Assembly: GCA_004431415.1 (NCBI GenBank)
Contig: QPMI01000237.1
Span: 1 to 64,000 of the forward strand
Direction: 5' to 3'
Length of the DNA: 64,000 nt
From: Cyanophora paradoxa CCMP329
Lineage: Eukaryota > Plantae > Glaucophyta
Shown: piece by piece, positions 24,999 through 35,682 of the stretch
Layout of the letters: every line of letters starts with the position of its first letter
How positions within the stretch are numbered: the first letter of the stretch is position 1
The notes under the pieces: generated by a model
What the model was told of the DNA's origin: nothing
The model's input: only the letters and a program-made list of their open reading frames with translations
Databases searched by the model: none
Position numbers and translations under genes: made by a program

Positions 24999-26973
24999 TC
25001 ACTGCGGGGGCAGGGGCCCGGCGGCGAGGACGGCGGCGAGGGCGGCCGCGCCGAGGACGAGGGCGGCGGCAACGGTCGCCGCGAGGGCGCCGGCCTCCCG
25101 CTGCGCCGCCTCACCCCCGCTGTTCGCTGCCCGAGGCGTCAGCCTCGGCTCTCGGGGCGGGGCGCGGCACGGCGGGCCTCGCTCGAAGATGCCGGCGAGC
25201 TGCTCGCGCTCCGGCCGGTCGGCCTGCACCGAGAGCAGGCGGTAGCTGCGGGGGGGTCGGGGCCCGGGGGGGCCCGGGGGCGGGGGCGGGGGGGCACCGC
25301 TCGGCGCCTTCGTCCTTGCTGAAGACCTCCCAGGCGGAGGGGTACTTGCGGTAGAGGGCGCCCCGGATGGGGTAGTCCGTCCCCGACACGTCTGCCCCCC
25401 CGCGCTCAGGGGGGCTTGGGGGCGCGGGGCGGGGCGGGCGCGCACAGAGAAGGCGGAAGTAGTAGGAGTAGTCGAAGGTGGCGAGGAAGGCGAGGCGCTC
25501 GGCCCGCCCCTGCACCCCCATGATCCCCTCGTAGCCTGCCCCCCGCGCCCCCGCTGAGCCGCCAGCGCCGGCCGCCGCCGCGCCGGCCGCCGTGGCACGC
25601 ACTCGGCACGTCGGCGAGGCGCGGGTTCTGCGGGGGTCGCGCGGCGCCTCGGGCCGGGGCAGCGCGCGGGGCGGGCGGCGGGCGCACGAGCATGATGAAG
25701 GGCCGCTCGCCAGCGCTGCGGCGCGGCCCAGGTCACGAGCGCCGGGGCCGGGGCGGGGCGGGGCGGGGGCGGACGCGGCGGCCATGGCGCGGACGTCGTC
25801 GATGACCGCCTGCCCGATCGTGTTCGTCTGCGCCCGCCTCAGCCGCCCCGCCCCGCGCCCCGCCCGGCCCGGCGGCCCGCGCGCGCCGGCGAAATCAGCA
25901 GGAAGATCTCGTCCTCCTCCTCCACCGACGCCGCCCCGATCCCTGCCGCCCCGTCGCCGGACGGGCGCGGGGGCGCGGTGCAGGGCCGGCGGGTCGTCCT
26001 CACCGGAGATGCGGACGTTCTCGAGGCTGGAGCTGTGCGTGCCGTCCTCGAGGGACACGCGCTGCCGCCGCGTGAGGGCGCCGGCGGCGGCGGAGGCGGC
26101 GCGTGGGGCGGCTCGCACGAGGTCCCCCTCGAGGGCGCGCCGGATGCCGGCAACTGCCGCCCCGCCGCATCAGCCGCCGGCGGCCGGCCCGGGGCGGCGC
26201 GGCGCACCGGAAAGGGGCATCCCGCCAAACTGCTGCCCCTGCCCCTGGATGCAGACCTGCCGCGCCGCATCGGGCGGGGCGGGGCTGGGGCGCGGGGCGC
26301 GGGGGGGCGGGCCTTGACGCGCTTGCCCTGGCCTGCGAGGCTGAGGACGAGCTCCCAGGCGACCTGCAGCACCGAGCGCAGGCGGTACACGTCCACCGAC
26401 GGGTCCAGCTGCCGGCCCCTCAGCCCCCGCCCCGCCCCCGCCCCGCCCCCTGCCGCATCACCTCCGGGATCTGGACGAAGACGGTCATGCGCTTCATCCC
26501 CGAGTCCACCGCCTCAACCGTCGCCTCCGCCGCCTCCGCCGCGAACCTGCCCCGCACGATGAGAGGCCGCCGCTCTACACGGCCTACGCCTCGCCAGCGC
26601 TAGCTGACCACTCCACCGCCCTCGGGTCCAGCGGCGATGACAGCAGAGAAGGCGGGAAGCTCTTGTCGACGGGCGGCGGAGTCGCCTCGAGCTCGGCAGC
26701 GTCCGATGTCCCCGCCTCGGAATTCGCGCCGGCGTCGCATCTCACGACTGAGCGAGGGATGCGCGCGCTGCTGCGGGCGGTAAAGCGGATCCGATTCATG
26801 GATGCGCCGACGAACGAGCTGCGCCGGGCCTTGGCAGCCAGCCGTGCGCGCGTCTCGGCATTATTGCTGCCCGACGCCGCGCCGGCGGCGCAAGCGAGCG
26901 AGCTGGTCGAAATCGACGCTCTCAGCTGCACATGCACTGGCGCTGCCGCCGGAGCGGTGAACGCCCCTTCCAT
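24999..26973 (-). CDS. Plastid-targeted DUF1995 protein (related to the C-terminal domain of plant plastid adenylate kinase 5) with hydrophobic C-terminal tail
   Basis: Ala/Ser/Arg-rich leader MEGAFTAPAAAP... Core VQIPELDPSVDVYR...GKRVKVCIQGQ...GMPLSVAG...NPRLADVPSA...IMGVQGRAERLAFLATFDYSYYFRLLY...YPIRGALYRKYPSAWEVF. Confidence 0.8.
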
Positions 26974-27029
26974 GTTCGTTTGTGGTGCTCGGCGGAGTCG
27001 ATGTTCGTTTGTGGCGCTCGGCGGAGTCG
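26972..27029. repeat. 29-bp tandem duplication abutting the DUF1995 start codon
   Basis: ATGTTCGTTTGTGGYGCTCGGCGGAGTCG twice, with one mismatch. Confidence 0.9.
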
Positions 27030-27324
27030 AACCCTTTCATCTCAGCGGGCTAGCGCTGGATCCGACTCGCGATCGATATCGGCGATGATCATGATCCGGA
27101 CCGTGGGACTTCAAGCTTCGAATTCGAATTCGCCGAGTCGAATTCAGAATACCGTAGTACGATTCTTGAAGACAAAAATAAGCTACTTGGATAATAAACT
27201 ACCTGGAGACAATTGCAAGGCACTAGCTAGTAGTGGCAGCAAATCATGAATAACCGTTGAACGCTCGACAGCAGCTGACGTCGACTCGGCAAATTTTTAA
27301 GCCGGGGCGGGGTGATGCATATGG

Positions 27325-28899
27325 TCATTGGTAGAGCTTGATGAGCTCGTCGGAGACGGCGGAGGGGGTGAGGACGCCGAGGTCCGTGAAGAGGAGCGTG
27401 ATGAAGTTGGGCGGCGTGTAGTCCAGCGACGGGCCCTCCACCTGCCCCGCCCCACCCCCGGCGCCGCGCACCCGGGTCAGCGCCCCCCTGCGGCGCCTGC
27501 AGGCATGCGCAGGGCGGCGTGCTCTCGCCTTGATGGAGGGGTCCAGGCCCGGGTAGTCCGCCCGAATCGCCGACTCCTCCTCCGGAGGCTGCTGCAGGTC
27601 CGACTGCGCGGCCGTCGGCGAGGCGGCGCCTGGGGGGCGGGGGGCGGGGGCGGGCGGGGGACCTGGCCGAGGGGGAAGAGGCGGGCGAACTTGTAGGACT
27701 CGGCGGCGACGTAGAAGGGCTTCTTGAAGGCGTGCGCGATCATCGCGATCTGCAGCGTGCCCACCTGCGCCCCGCCGCCCCGCGCCGCGTCAGGGGGCCG
27801 GGGCCGGGGGCGAGGGCGGGGACCGGGGGCGGGGCGGGCCTTGTTGATGACGCCGCCGTTCTCGACGACGCCCTCGGCGCCGACGATGACGCAGTCGATC
27901 TTGTTCATGAAGTAGGCCACCGCCGCGTCCGGCACCACGTTCACCGGCACCCCCGCCCGAGCCAGCCGCTCCGCCGTCTCCTGCCTGCCCGCCCCTCAGC
28001 GCACCCCACCGGGGAGGACGGGCGAGCGCCCGCCGAGGGGGCACCCGCGGGGGTACGGCCTCGTCTCCGTGACGTAGACGCTGAACTGCTTGTTGTGCTG
28101 CGCGGCGTTGAGGAGCGTCGCGATGACCACGCGCGAGTAGCCGTGCGTGAGAATGACCTGCGGCGCCGGCGGTGGGCGGCGGGCGGGGCGGGGCCGGCGG
28201 GGGCGGGGGCGGGCGGCTCACGGCGCCCTCGCGGATGAAGCGGTCGCCGAGCTCCGCTATCCTGCTCCGGCTCCGCAGCGAGAGGTCCGCGAACTTCTCC
28301 CCCCGCTCGATCAGCTTCCCCTTGCACTCCTGGAAGTCCTGCGCGCACCACCCCGTCCTCGTCAGCGCCCCCGCGCCTCAGAGGACTCCGATGCCCCACA
28401 GCGCCGGCCCAGCAGGCCGCGCCTACGGCGGCGGCGCCCCTCTCGCGCCCGGCGGGCGCTCCGACCGCTAGGCATCCACAGCTAGAGCCGGCTGCTATAC
28501 GACGAGCACCGCGGGGGGCCATGCGAACCGGAGCGTTGAGTGTCGTGCGCGTAATGTACTTGCTGAAGAGCTCCGTCGCTGCCGCGAGCGATATCGAGTA
28601 TTTGCAGCGGTCGCCGAGGACCTTGCTGGCGATGGAGAGGTCCTGGTTCAGGCCGTGCAGGGTGCTCGCTGCGAGGCAGCCGCATGAGTCGCGAGCCCGC
28701 GCACCCCGGCCGCGCGGCGCTCTCCTTCTGTCGCGAGCGTGAGCGCTTTGGGGCGCGCACCGGTGCTCTTCTTGATGGCGAGCGTGAGCGCTTTGATCGC
28801 AGCGACCGCCGCCGCGCAGTCCGGATCGCGGATGTTGTGTTCGTACTCTTCAATGAGGAACGCCCATGTGCCCGCGTCGCTCGAGCTCGCGCCGGGCAT
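27325..28899 (-). CDS. EIF2B1: Translation initiation factor eIF-2B subunit alpha
   Basis: [11 protein letters not shown]...[10 protein letters not shown]...VYVTETRP...[39 protein letters not shown]...[17 protein letters not shown]...[32 protein letters not shown]. Confidence 0.95.
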
Positions 28900-28999
28900 C
28901 TTGCGTCGCCTCTTTTTTCTCCCTCCCGGGTACAGTGCGAGAATTTGAGCGCCTTTGGCGCCACCTCAAGCGTTGACAGCGGGCTGCCAGCAGCGAAGA

Positions 29000-30678
29000 A
29001 TGGGCGTCTACAGCGGGCTGCGGGCCCGGGAGCTTGGCGGGAGACCACCGCGCGCGCTCGACCCACAGCTGGCTTTTGAGAGCGGGTCGCATGACGAAGT
29101 AACGCTGGATGCGCCGCCGTTCTGTTGCGCGTGGTCCTCGCCGGCGAACGAGGCGAGCGCGCACATGCGCCTTGCCGCCTCGGGCGAAGACGGCCGCATA
29201 ACGTGCGCGTACCGCCCCGCACGCGCTCGGCATCGTCACTCGCGCCCATGTACGCGGCCTGCGCAGCATCGTCAACCCCTTCCGGCGCGCCCGCGGCTCC
29301 GGTGAGCTGTTCTCGAAGCGAACGGTGCCGCGCCTCACCGCCGGGGCGCCGCAGGGCTGGAGCGCACGCAGTGGATCGGGCACGTGAATGCTGTCTTCGA
29401 CGTGGCGTGGTGCCACGGGTGCGCGCCGCCGCCCGCCCGTGTTGGCGGGAACTTCGCCTGAACTCGGAGCCCGCTCCCCAGGGGCAGCTCGGTGGCGAGC
29501 GCGTCGGCGGACCAGACGTGCCGGATCTGGAGCGCGGAGACGCAGCAGTCCACGGCGCTGCTCGCCGGTCACAAGGGCACTGTCAAAGTCATCCGCCCGT
29601 CTCCCTTCAACCCGCGTGCGTGCCCCGCCCTCGCGCACTCCGCCGGGCGCCCCGCCTGTGCCTGACGCCCGGGCGGGGGCAGACGTGTTCCTGACGGGGT
29701 GCCGGGACGGGTCGGCGTGCCTGTGGGACGTGCGGGCGTCCTGCACGGCGTCGCGGGGCGGGGAGCCGGCGCTGCGGCCCGTCCGCGCCCTCCACAACAT
29801 CCACGCCCGCCCCGCCGCCCCCGCGCTCTCACGGGCGCGCTCGGGGATCGTCCTCGAGCGCGAGCAGAAGCGGGCGCGGCTCTCGAGCTCGCCGGCCCCG
29901 GCCTCGGGCTCCAGGCGGGAGCCGCGGGCGGCGCGGCGGGGCCCGCCGGCGCAGGACGCGCAACAGAGCGTGACGGCCGCAGGTGCGGACGCCGCCGCCA
30001 GAGTTCCTGGACGAGGAGCACGCGCGCCCCGCCGGTGCCGACGCCGCCGCCAGAGTTCCTGGACGAGGAGCACATCGCCACGGGGGGCGCCGCCGACGGG
30101 TCCGCCCCCGCCCCCTCCCCGCCCGGCCCCGCGCCCTCCGACGCGCCGCCAGCGAGGTGAAGATCTTCGACCTGCGGAGCACGGCGGGGAAGACGCCGCC
30201 GCCGGCGCAGCGGCTCGCGCCGGCGCTGGCTTCGGGCTCGGGCGGGGCGGGGCGGAGCTACGGGGTGACGAGCCTGTCGGTGGACGGGGCGGGGGCGCTG
30301 CTGAGCGTGTCGGCGACGAACAGCCGGGTGTACGTGTACAGCACGGCGGCGCTGGGGGAGCCGCTGCGGGAGTGCGCGGGGCACGAGGCGCGCAACTTCT
30401 ACATCAAGGCCGCCCTCTCCCCCGACGGCCGCCACGTCCTCTCCGGCTCCTCCGACGGCGCCGCCTACCTCTGGAAGGCCCGCCCCCCGCGCCCGCCCCG
30501 CCCGCCGAAGCCGACGCGCGGGGCGGCAGGTGGCGGGCGGGGCGGGGGCGGGGGGCCGGCGGCGTACGAGCGGCACGCGGGGGAGGTCTCGGCGGTCGCC
30601 TGGGGCGCCCCGCTCCTCTTCGCCACCGCCGGCGGCGACGACTACCGCCTCCGCGTCTGGCACGCCGCCGCCGCCTAG
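29000..30678 (+). CDS. DTL: Denticleless/Cdt2 WD40 substrate receptor of the CRL4 ubiquitin ligase
   Basis: WIGHVNAVFDVAW, ASADQTCRIW, GHKGTVK, FLTGCRDG..WDVR, SVTA.EFLDE, VKIFDLR, YGVTSL, NFYIKAALSPDGRHVLSGSSD, HAGEVSAVAW, GDDYRLRVW. Confidence 0.88.
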
Positions 30679-31385
30679 CCCTGCCCCCGCCCCGCCCCGC
30701 CCCGCCCCTCTGCCGGAGAGCACCCCGCCCGGCGGCTCGCCCCTGCTCGCGGCCCCTCGTTCACGGGGCCGGAGCAGCACGCCCGGCAGCTCAGCGGCTG
30801 CCGCTGCCTGGACTTCGACGGACCTGAAGGAACAGAAGAACTCTGCTCGGATATTCTCGGCCACCGGCCCTTTAATTTCGGAAGCCTTGAAGGGGAGTGT
30901 GGAAGGCGGGGCCCAGGGCTGGCGGGGCGCCGGTTGCCGCAGTGCGCTCGAGGTGGCAAGAACTCTAGCCTCGTAAGCCTAGTAAGCCTAAGAAGCCGAA
31001 GGCCGCAGGGGCCCCGGGGACCTCAAGCCGCTGAGCTTCAACATGATCAGGATCTCGAATCTTCAAGGCTTGAATGATCCGCGTGATGATCCGATGGTCA
31101 TGATCAGCAAGCCTTGAAAGCCCTGAGCTTAAAGCTTGAGGCTTAACCCTTTCAACCCCGCGCCCGGGACTCCGGGGACCCTTTTGAAGATGATGGTCAT
31201 GGTACGTATCATTTCAAAAGTTTCGTCATCCGATGATCATGATTTCGTACCGTAGTACTATGATCCGATGATCACCGAGTAAATTAAAACCGTTGAACTT
31301 TCGGAACGCCGTGACGAGCCGCTGAGCCGATCGCGATGATCATGCCATCATGGCATGATGAGCCGCGCGCTGAGCCCTTAAGCTT

Positions 31386-33655
31386 CACTAGGAGAGACCC
31401 CCCCTTATAACATACATGTTAGCTACATAGATACACTGCTATCTATATTGAATCTATATTAACCTTAACAGAGATGTATAAGAGTTTGCTGCGGAACTAT
31501 GTAGCTAACATATATGTGAGTAGCTGAGCAAGACTTTGGGCCAGAAATGCAAATCTATTGTGCAGAAGCTTACATCTATGTGATGTCGCTGGCGTAAGAC
31601 TTCCTTAGCTAACGCTTGGGTGCGCGGCGAGCGGCCGGGGGTGCGCGGGGAGCACGCACTGCACTTCTAGGCACATTCTGAGTGCATTTGGGATCAATTG
31701 CAGCTACGGGCGCGGCGCTGTTGCTCGATGACTGTCAGCCGGGTGCTCGGCGCGAGCGGCCTTCGCTGCGGGCTTCAAACGCTAGCTATAGCCTGCCTAC
31801 GATGGCGCAAGGCGCACGAACTGCGCCCAGACGCCGCCACGACACACGCTGGATTTCGGGTGACGCACTGCGATCCCAGGGCCGAGCGCGCTCCCAGACC
31901 TTCTACCACGAGTGAAGATGCGAGCTCCGTCGCGCGTGGACGGCTGCCGCGAGCGGATTTCGGGCGCGGAGCGCTGGTCGGCCGGGTACGTGTCTTGACC
32001 CGGGTACATTCCTTCGGTGACTTTGCCTCAACGGCACACTGCCGAGCGGCTTCTCTAGCCAGCGCTTGAGCCGCTCCAGCGTTGAGCCGCGTCCTCTAGT
32101 ATGCTTCCGCGTCTTGGCGGTGCGCAGGGCGACGCCGGCGGTCATCCGCCGCCGGACTTTGGCGAACCAGGTCCGCGGCCTGTCCCCGCCATCTGCCACG
32201 TTCGTGAAGCACTGTGTGCTGACTAAAGAGCTCTAGGCGGTGCATAGCTTCTCCGCCGAGCGCCAAGCTGCGAAGTCCGAAGCCTTGACAGGTCCGAGCA
32301 CCCGTTGCTCCGGCCTAGCCGTTGCTCCCGTGCGCGCTGCGGCCCTCCAGGGAGTTAGTAGCTCTCATGGCTTTGCGTAGGTGTGCTCGGCGGCTCTGTG
32401 CTCCGCCTTTCCGCAGAGTTCGCTGAAGTGACTTCCGCACCAAGTCCGGCCGCTATCTCTGGTACGAGCTCCTGCTGCCGCTCGCAGGCGCGCGCCGTGT
32501 CTACAAACATTGACTGATGATGAGCAGCAAGCCGCTGCAGCGCTCGTGGCGTTCGCGAAGGTACGCGCTCGGCCCTTGCCTCGCCTGAGCTTAGCTGAGA
32601 CTTGCTTCGTTCTTGCAGCGAAAGGCAGGAGCTCGGGCGTGACAGTCAGGGCGGGCCGGCGGCGCCGGCGCGGTGCGGCGGGCCGCGGCCGGCGCAGTGC
32701 GGCGGGCCGCGGCCGGCGCAGTGCGGCCGGCCGCCAGCCGGCAGTTGGTCGCGGGCAGGCCGGGCTGGCGCCCCGGCGGCGGGTGGCGCAGCGCGGCCGG
32801 CCAGCGAGCCGCGGCGGCCCGGCGCCGAGCCGGCCGGGCGGCGGGCGGCCGCCGCGGCCCAGCGCCGGCCGTGGGCGGCCGGGCGGCGCAACGCAGCGCG
32901 GGCGGCGGGCTCGGGCGGCGTCACACACCGGCGCGGCCGGCCGGCGAGCCGCGGCGGCCCGGCGCCGAGCCGGCCGGGCGGCGGGCGGCCGCCGCGGCCC
33001 AGCGCCGGCCGTGGGCGGCCGGGCGGCGCAACGCAGCGCGGGCGGCGGGCTCGGGCGGCGTCACACGCCGGCGCGGCCGGCCGGCGAGCCGCGGCGGCCC
33101 GGCACCGGGCGCCGGCGGGCGGCCGGGCGGCACCGCACGCCGGCGGCCGCTCGGCGCGCGGGCGGGCGGGCGGTGCGGCGGGCGGCGCGGCCAGCGGCGC
33201 GGCCGGCGGCGCGTGAGCGTGCGGGTGGCGCGGCGCCGCCCCGGCGCTAGCTAGCTAGCTCGCTAGCTAGTATATATGCATGATGCCAGCTAGCTACTGC
33301 CTGCTAGGGAGCCGCCGGCCTTTCTGTAGTGTGTGAAGAATACAGGTCTTGATTGCATACATGCAGCCTCGGGAGCTCAATCGCAGGGGCGGGGCGGCAA
33401 GCGGGTGGGGCGCGGGCGCGGGGCGGCCCGCCTGCAGCAGCTTGCTATCTCTGTGACATCTATTCTTTCGCCGCATCAGTTCTATTTTCCAAATCCCTAT
33501 TAATTTTATTTTAATAGAGTTCCCTGTCCGGTTTGACACATATTCGACATAGTTAGCGCATTTTTTACTATGGCGCCACAGAGATTTTTCTTCACATAGA
33601 TAGGGCGTAACTCTGTAGCTAACATGTATGTTAAAGGGGGGGGTTTCTCCTAGTG
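31386..33655. mobile_element. Non-autonomous CACTA (En/Spm) DNA transposon, 2270 bp
   Basis: Left end CACTAGGAGAGACCCCCCCTTATAACATACATGTTAGCTAC; right end GTAGCTAACATGTATGTTAAAGGGGGGGGTTTCTCCTAGTG (imperfect ~40-bp TIR). 3-bp TSD CTT at 31383-31385 and 33656-33658. Subterminal TAGCTAAC motifs. No transposase ORF. Confidence 0.92.
32791..33103. repeat. 140-bp GC-rich tandem repeat (about 2.2 copies) inside the CACTA element
   Basis: CCRGCGAGCCGCGGCGGCCCGGC recurs at 32801, 32941 and 33081. Confidence 0.9.
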
Positions 33656-34013
33656 CTTGATCGGATCATGAAGATCATGATCATCGGATCATGATTGCTT
33701 ATGCCCGGCCTAGGCCTTTCGCCAAACTTGAAAACTTTGAAACTTGAAAAGGCCTTTCAAGCCTGAAGTTTCGCCAAACTTTAAACGTTAACAGCCACAC
33801 GAGCCGAACCGTTGAACCCGGTGACCCACTGCAGCTGGTTGAGAGGTGCCACGCGTACGGTGAACCGATCACCGTGGCACGAGCATTACATTGTTAGAGC
33901 TTAAGCCTTGAAAGCTTTGCAATTGAGGCTTCGAAGCTCACTGACTCATTACCGTAGCCACGGTAGTACGTTCATTACAAGCCTAGGCCTTAAACCGGTG
34001 CACGTGATCATGA

Positions 34014-35560
34014 TCATGACCCCCCGCAGCCCCATGCGCCCGGGCCCGGGGCAGGGTGCAAGACTGTGGGTCCACTGCATATGATCAGTGGGTCCAGGGC
34101 GAAAGGCCTTTTCAAGTTTTCAAGTTTGGCGAGAGGTGGGTCCGAGGCCATCCGATGATCGACAAGGCGGGGGCCAAGGCGGGGTGCACGTGGCCATGGG
34201 GCAGGCCTGGGGGCCGGCGGGGCGGGGCGGGAGCACGGTGTGGCCCAGGATCGAGTGCTGTCCACTGAGTCCAGCGTCCGCAGCACGCAGGCCGGGATCA
34301 TCGCTGCCGGGAGTGCCGCTATCTGCGGCAGGAGCGAAGGGGGCGGGGTAGGGGGGTACACGAGCGGCGGGACACGCACGGTAACGGGGAGGAGGGGGGC
34401 GAGGGCGTCTGCCGCCTGCCCCGGCAGCCGGTCCAGCGCCTTGAAGGCCTTGAAGGCAATGAAGGCGCTCGCGGCCGGCGTGCACCGCACTGCCGCCTCG
34501 AGGCACACCGCCACCGCCTCTCCCGCTTCCCCTCAGCCGGCCGCCCCGGGTCGGCCGGCGGGGCGCCCGGCACCGTGCAGGGGCCCCCGCGCCGCGTCGA
34601 TGGCGCGCAGGAAGTGGGGCCGCAGGTGCAGCTCCGGGGTGGGCCGGGCAGGGCCCTGCGGGGGCGTACGATTAGAGGCGGAGCGAGGGGCGGGGCCCGG
34701 GGCGGGGCCCGGGGCGGGGCGGGCGCACAGCGAGGGCCTCGGAGGCGGCGGCGGCGGCGAGGAAGTGCGCCTCGCGCTCGGGGAGGAGGCGGCGCTTGGC
34801 GGCGGCGAGGCGGAGGCGGCGGACGGCCTCGGCGAGCACCCCCGCGCGGCCGAGCAGCTCCGCCCGCACGGCCCGCGCGAAGGGCAGCGAGACGATGGCG
34901 AGCGGCGCGCCCGGCGGGGCGTGCCCCAGGGGCACGGCGGCCAGCTCCCGAAGCAGCGCCAGCGCAGCCGGCGCGATGCCCGCCACCTCCCGCACCTCCG
35001 CCTCGTACGCCCCCTGCCGCCCCGCCCCCGCGCCCGGTCGGCCCCCGCTGCGCCGCGCGGGGCCGGGCGCTGCGCCGCGCACGCCGAGGAGGGCGATGCA
35101 GAAGAGGGCGTCCCAGAAGGGCCGCTCGCCGACCTGCGCCGCCCACGCGCGCAGCAGCGCGGGGGCGAGCGCGGCCGGCGAAGCGCCTTGCGTCGCCACC
35201 GCCGCGATGTCCCCCGAGAGGCCCTCGATGTCCCGCGTCCTGCCGGCCGCCCCCGACCGTCGGGCCAGCGCCCGTGGGGCCGGCGCGCGGGGCTGGGGCG
35301 GGCGCCCCGCACCAGATGAGGCCGCGGAGCTCGCCCATGACGGCGGCGAGGTAGAGGGGGCTGGCGGCCCCCGGGAGGCCGGCGAGGACGCGCTTGCAGA
35401 GGTCGAGGGGCACGTTGCGGCGCCGCTGGTCGAGCCACTCCGTCGTCACCCGCCGGATGCAGTCGCGGCGCGCCTCCTCCGAGAGGGGCGGGGCGTACAG
35501 CGCGCGGCACCATCCCCGTCTCGCGCGCCCCCACCGCCGCGAGCAGCCAGGCCGCCGAGG
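34014..35560 (-). pseudogene. Spliced fragment resembling the post-Walker-B helical region of a NACHT-type (TEP1/NPHP3-like) NTPase; no start codon seen
   Basis: LYAPPLSEEARRDCIRR...GAASPLYLAAVMGELR. Host-type introns are present, there is no in-frame ATG before the neighbouring gene, and the 3' end runs into mosaic sequence. Confidence 0.4.
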
Positions 35561-35682
35561 CGGTGAAATCGGGGCGCCCTGCGTGGCGGGAAACGCGCGC
35601 AACAGCGCGACGCGAGATGGCTTTGATTTTCGGCGCAGTCAGGGGGTAGAGGTTTCTTCAGTGGGTACAAGCCACAAGAAGG

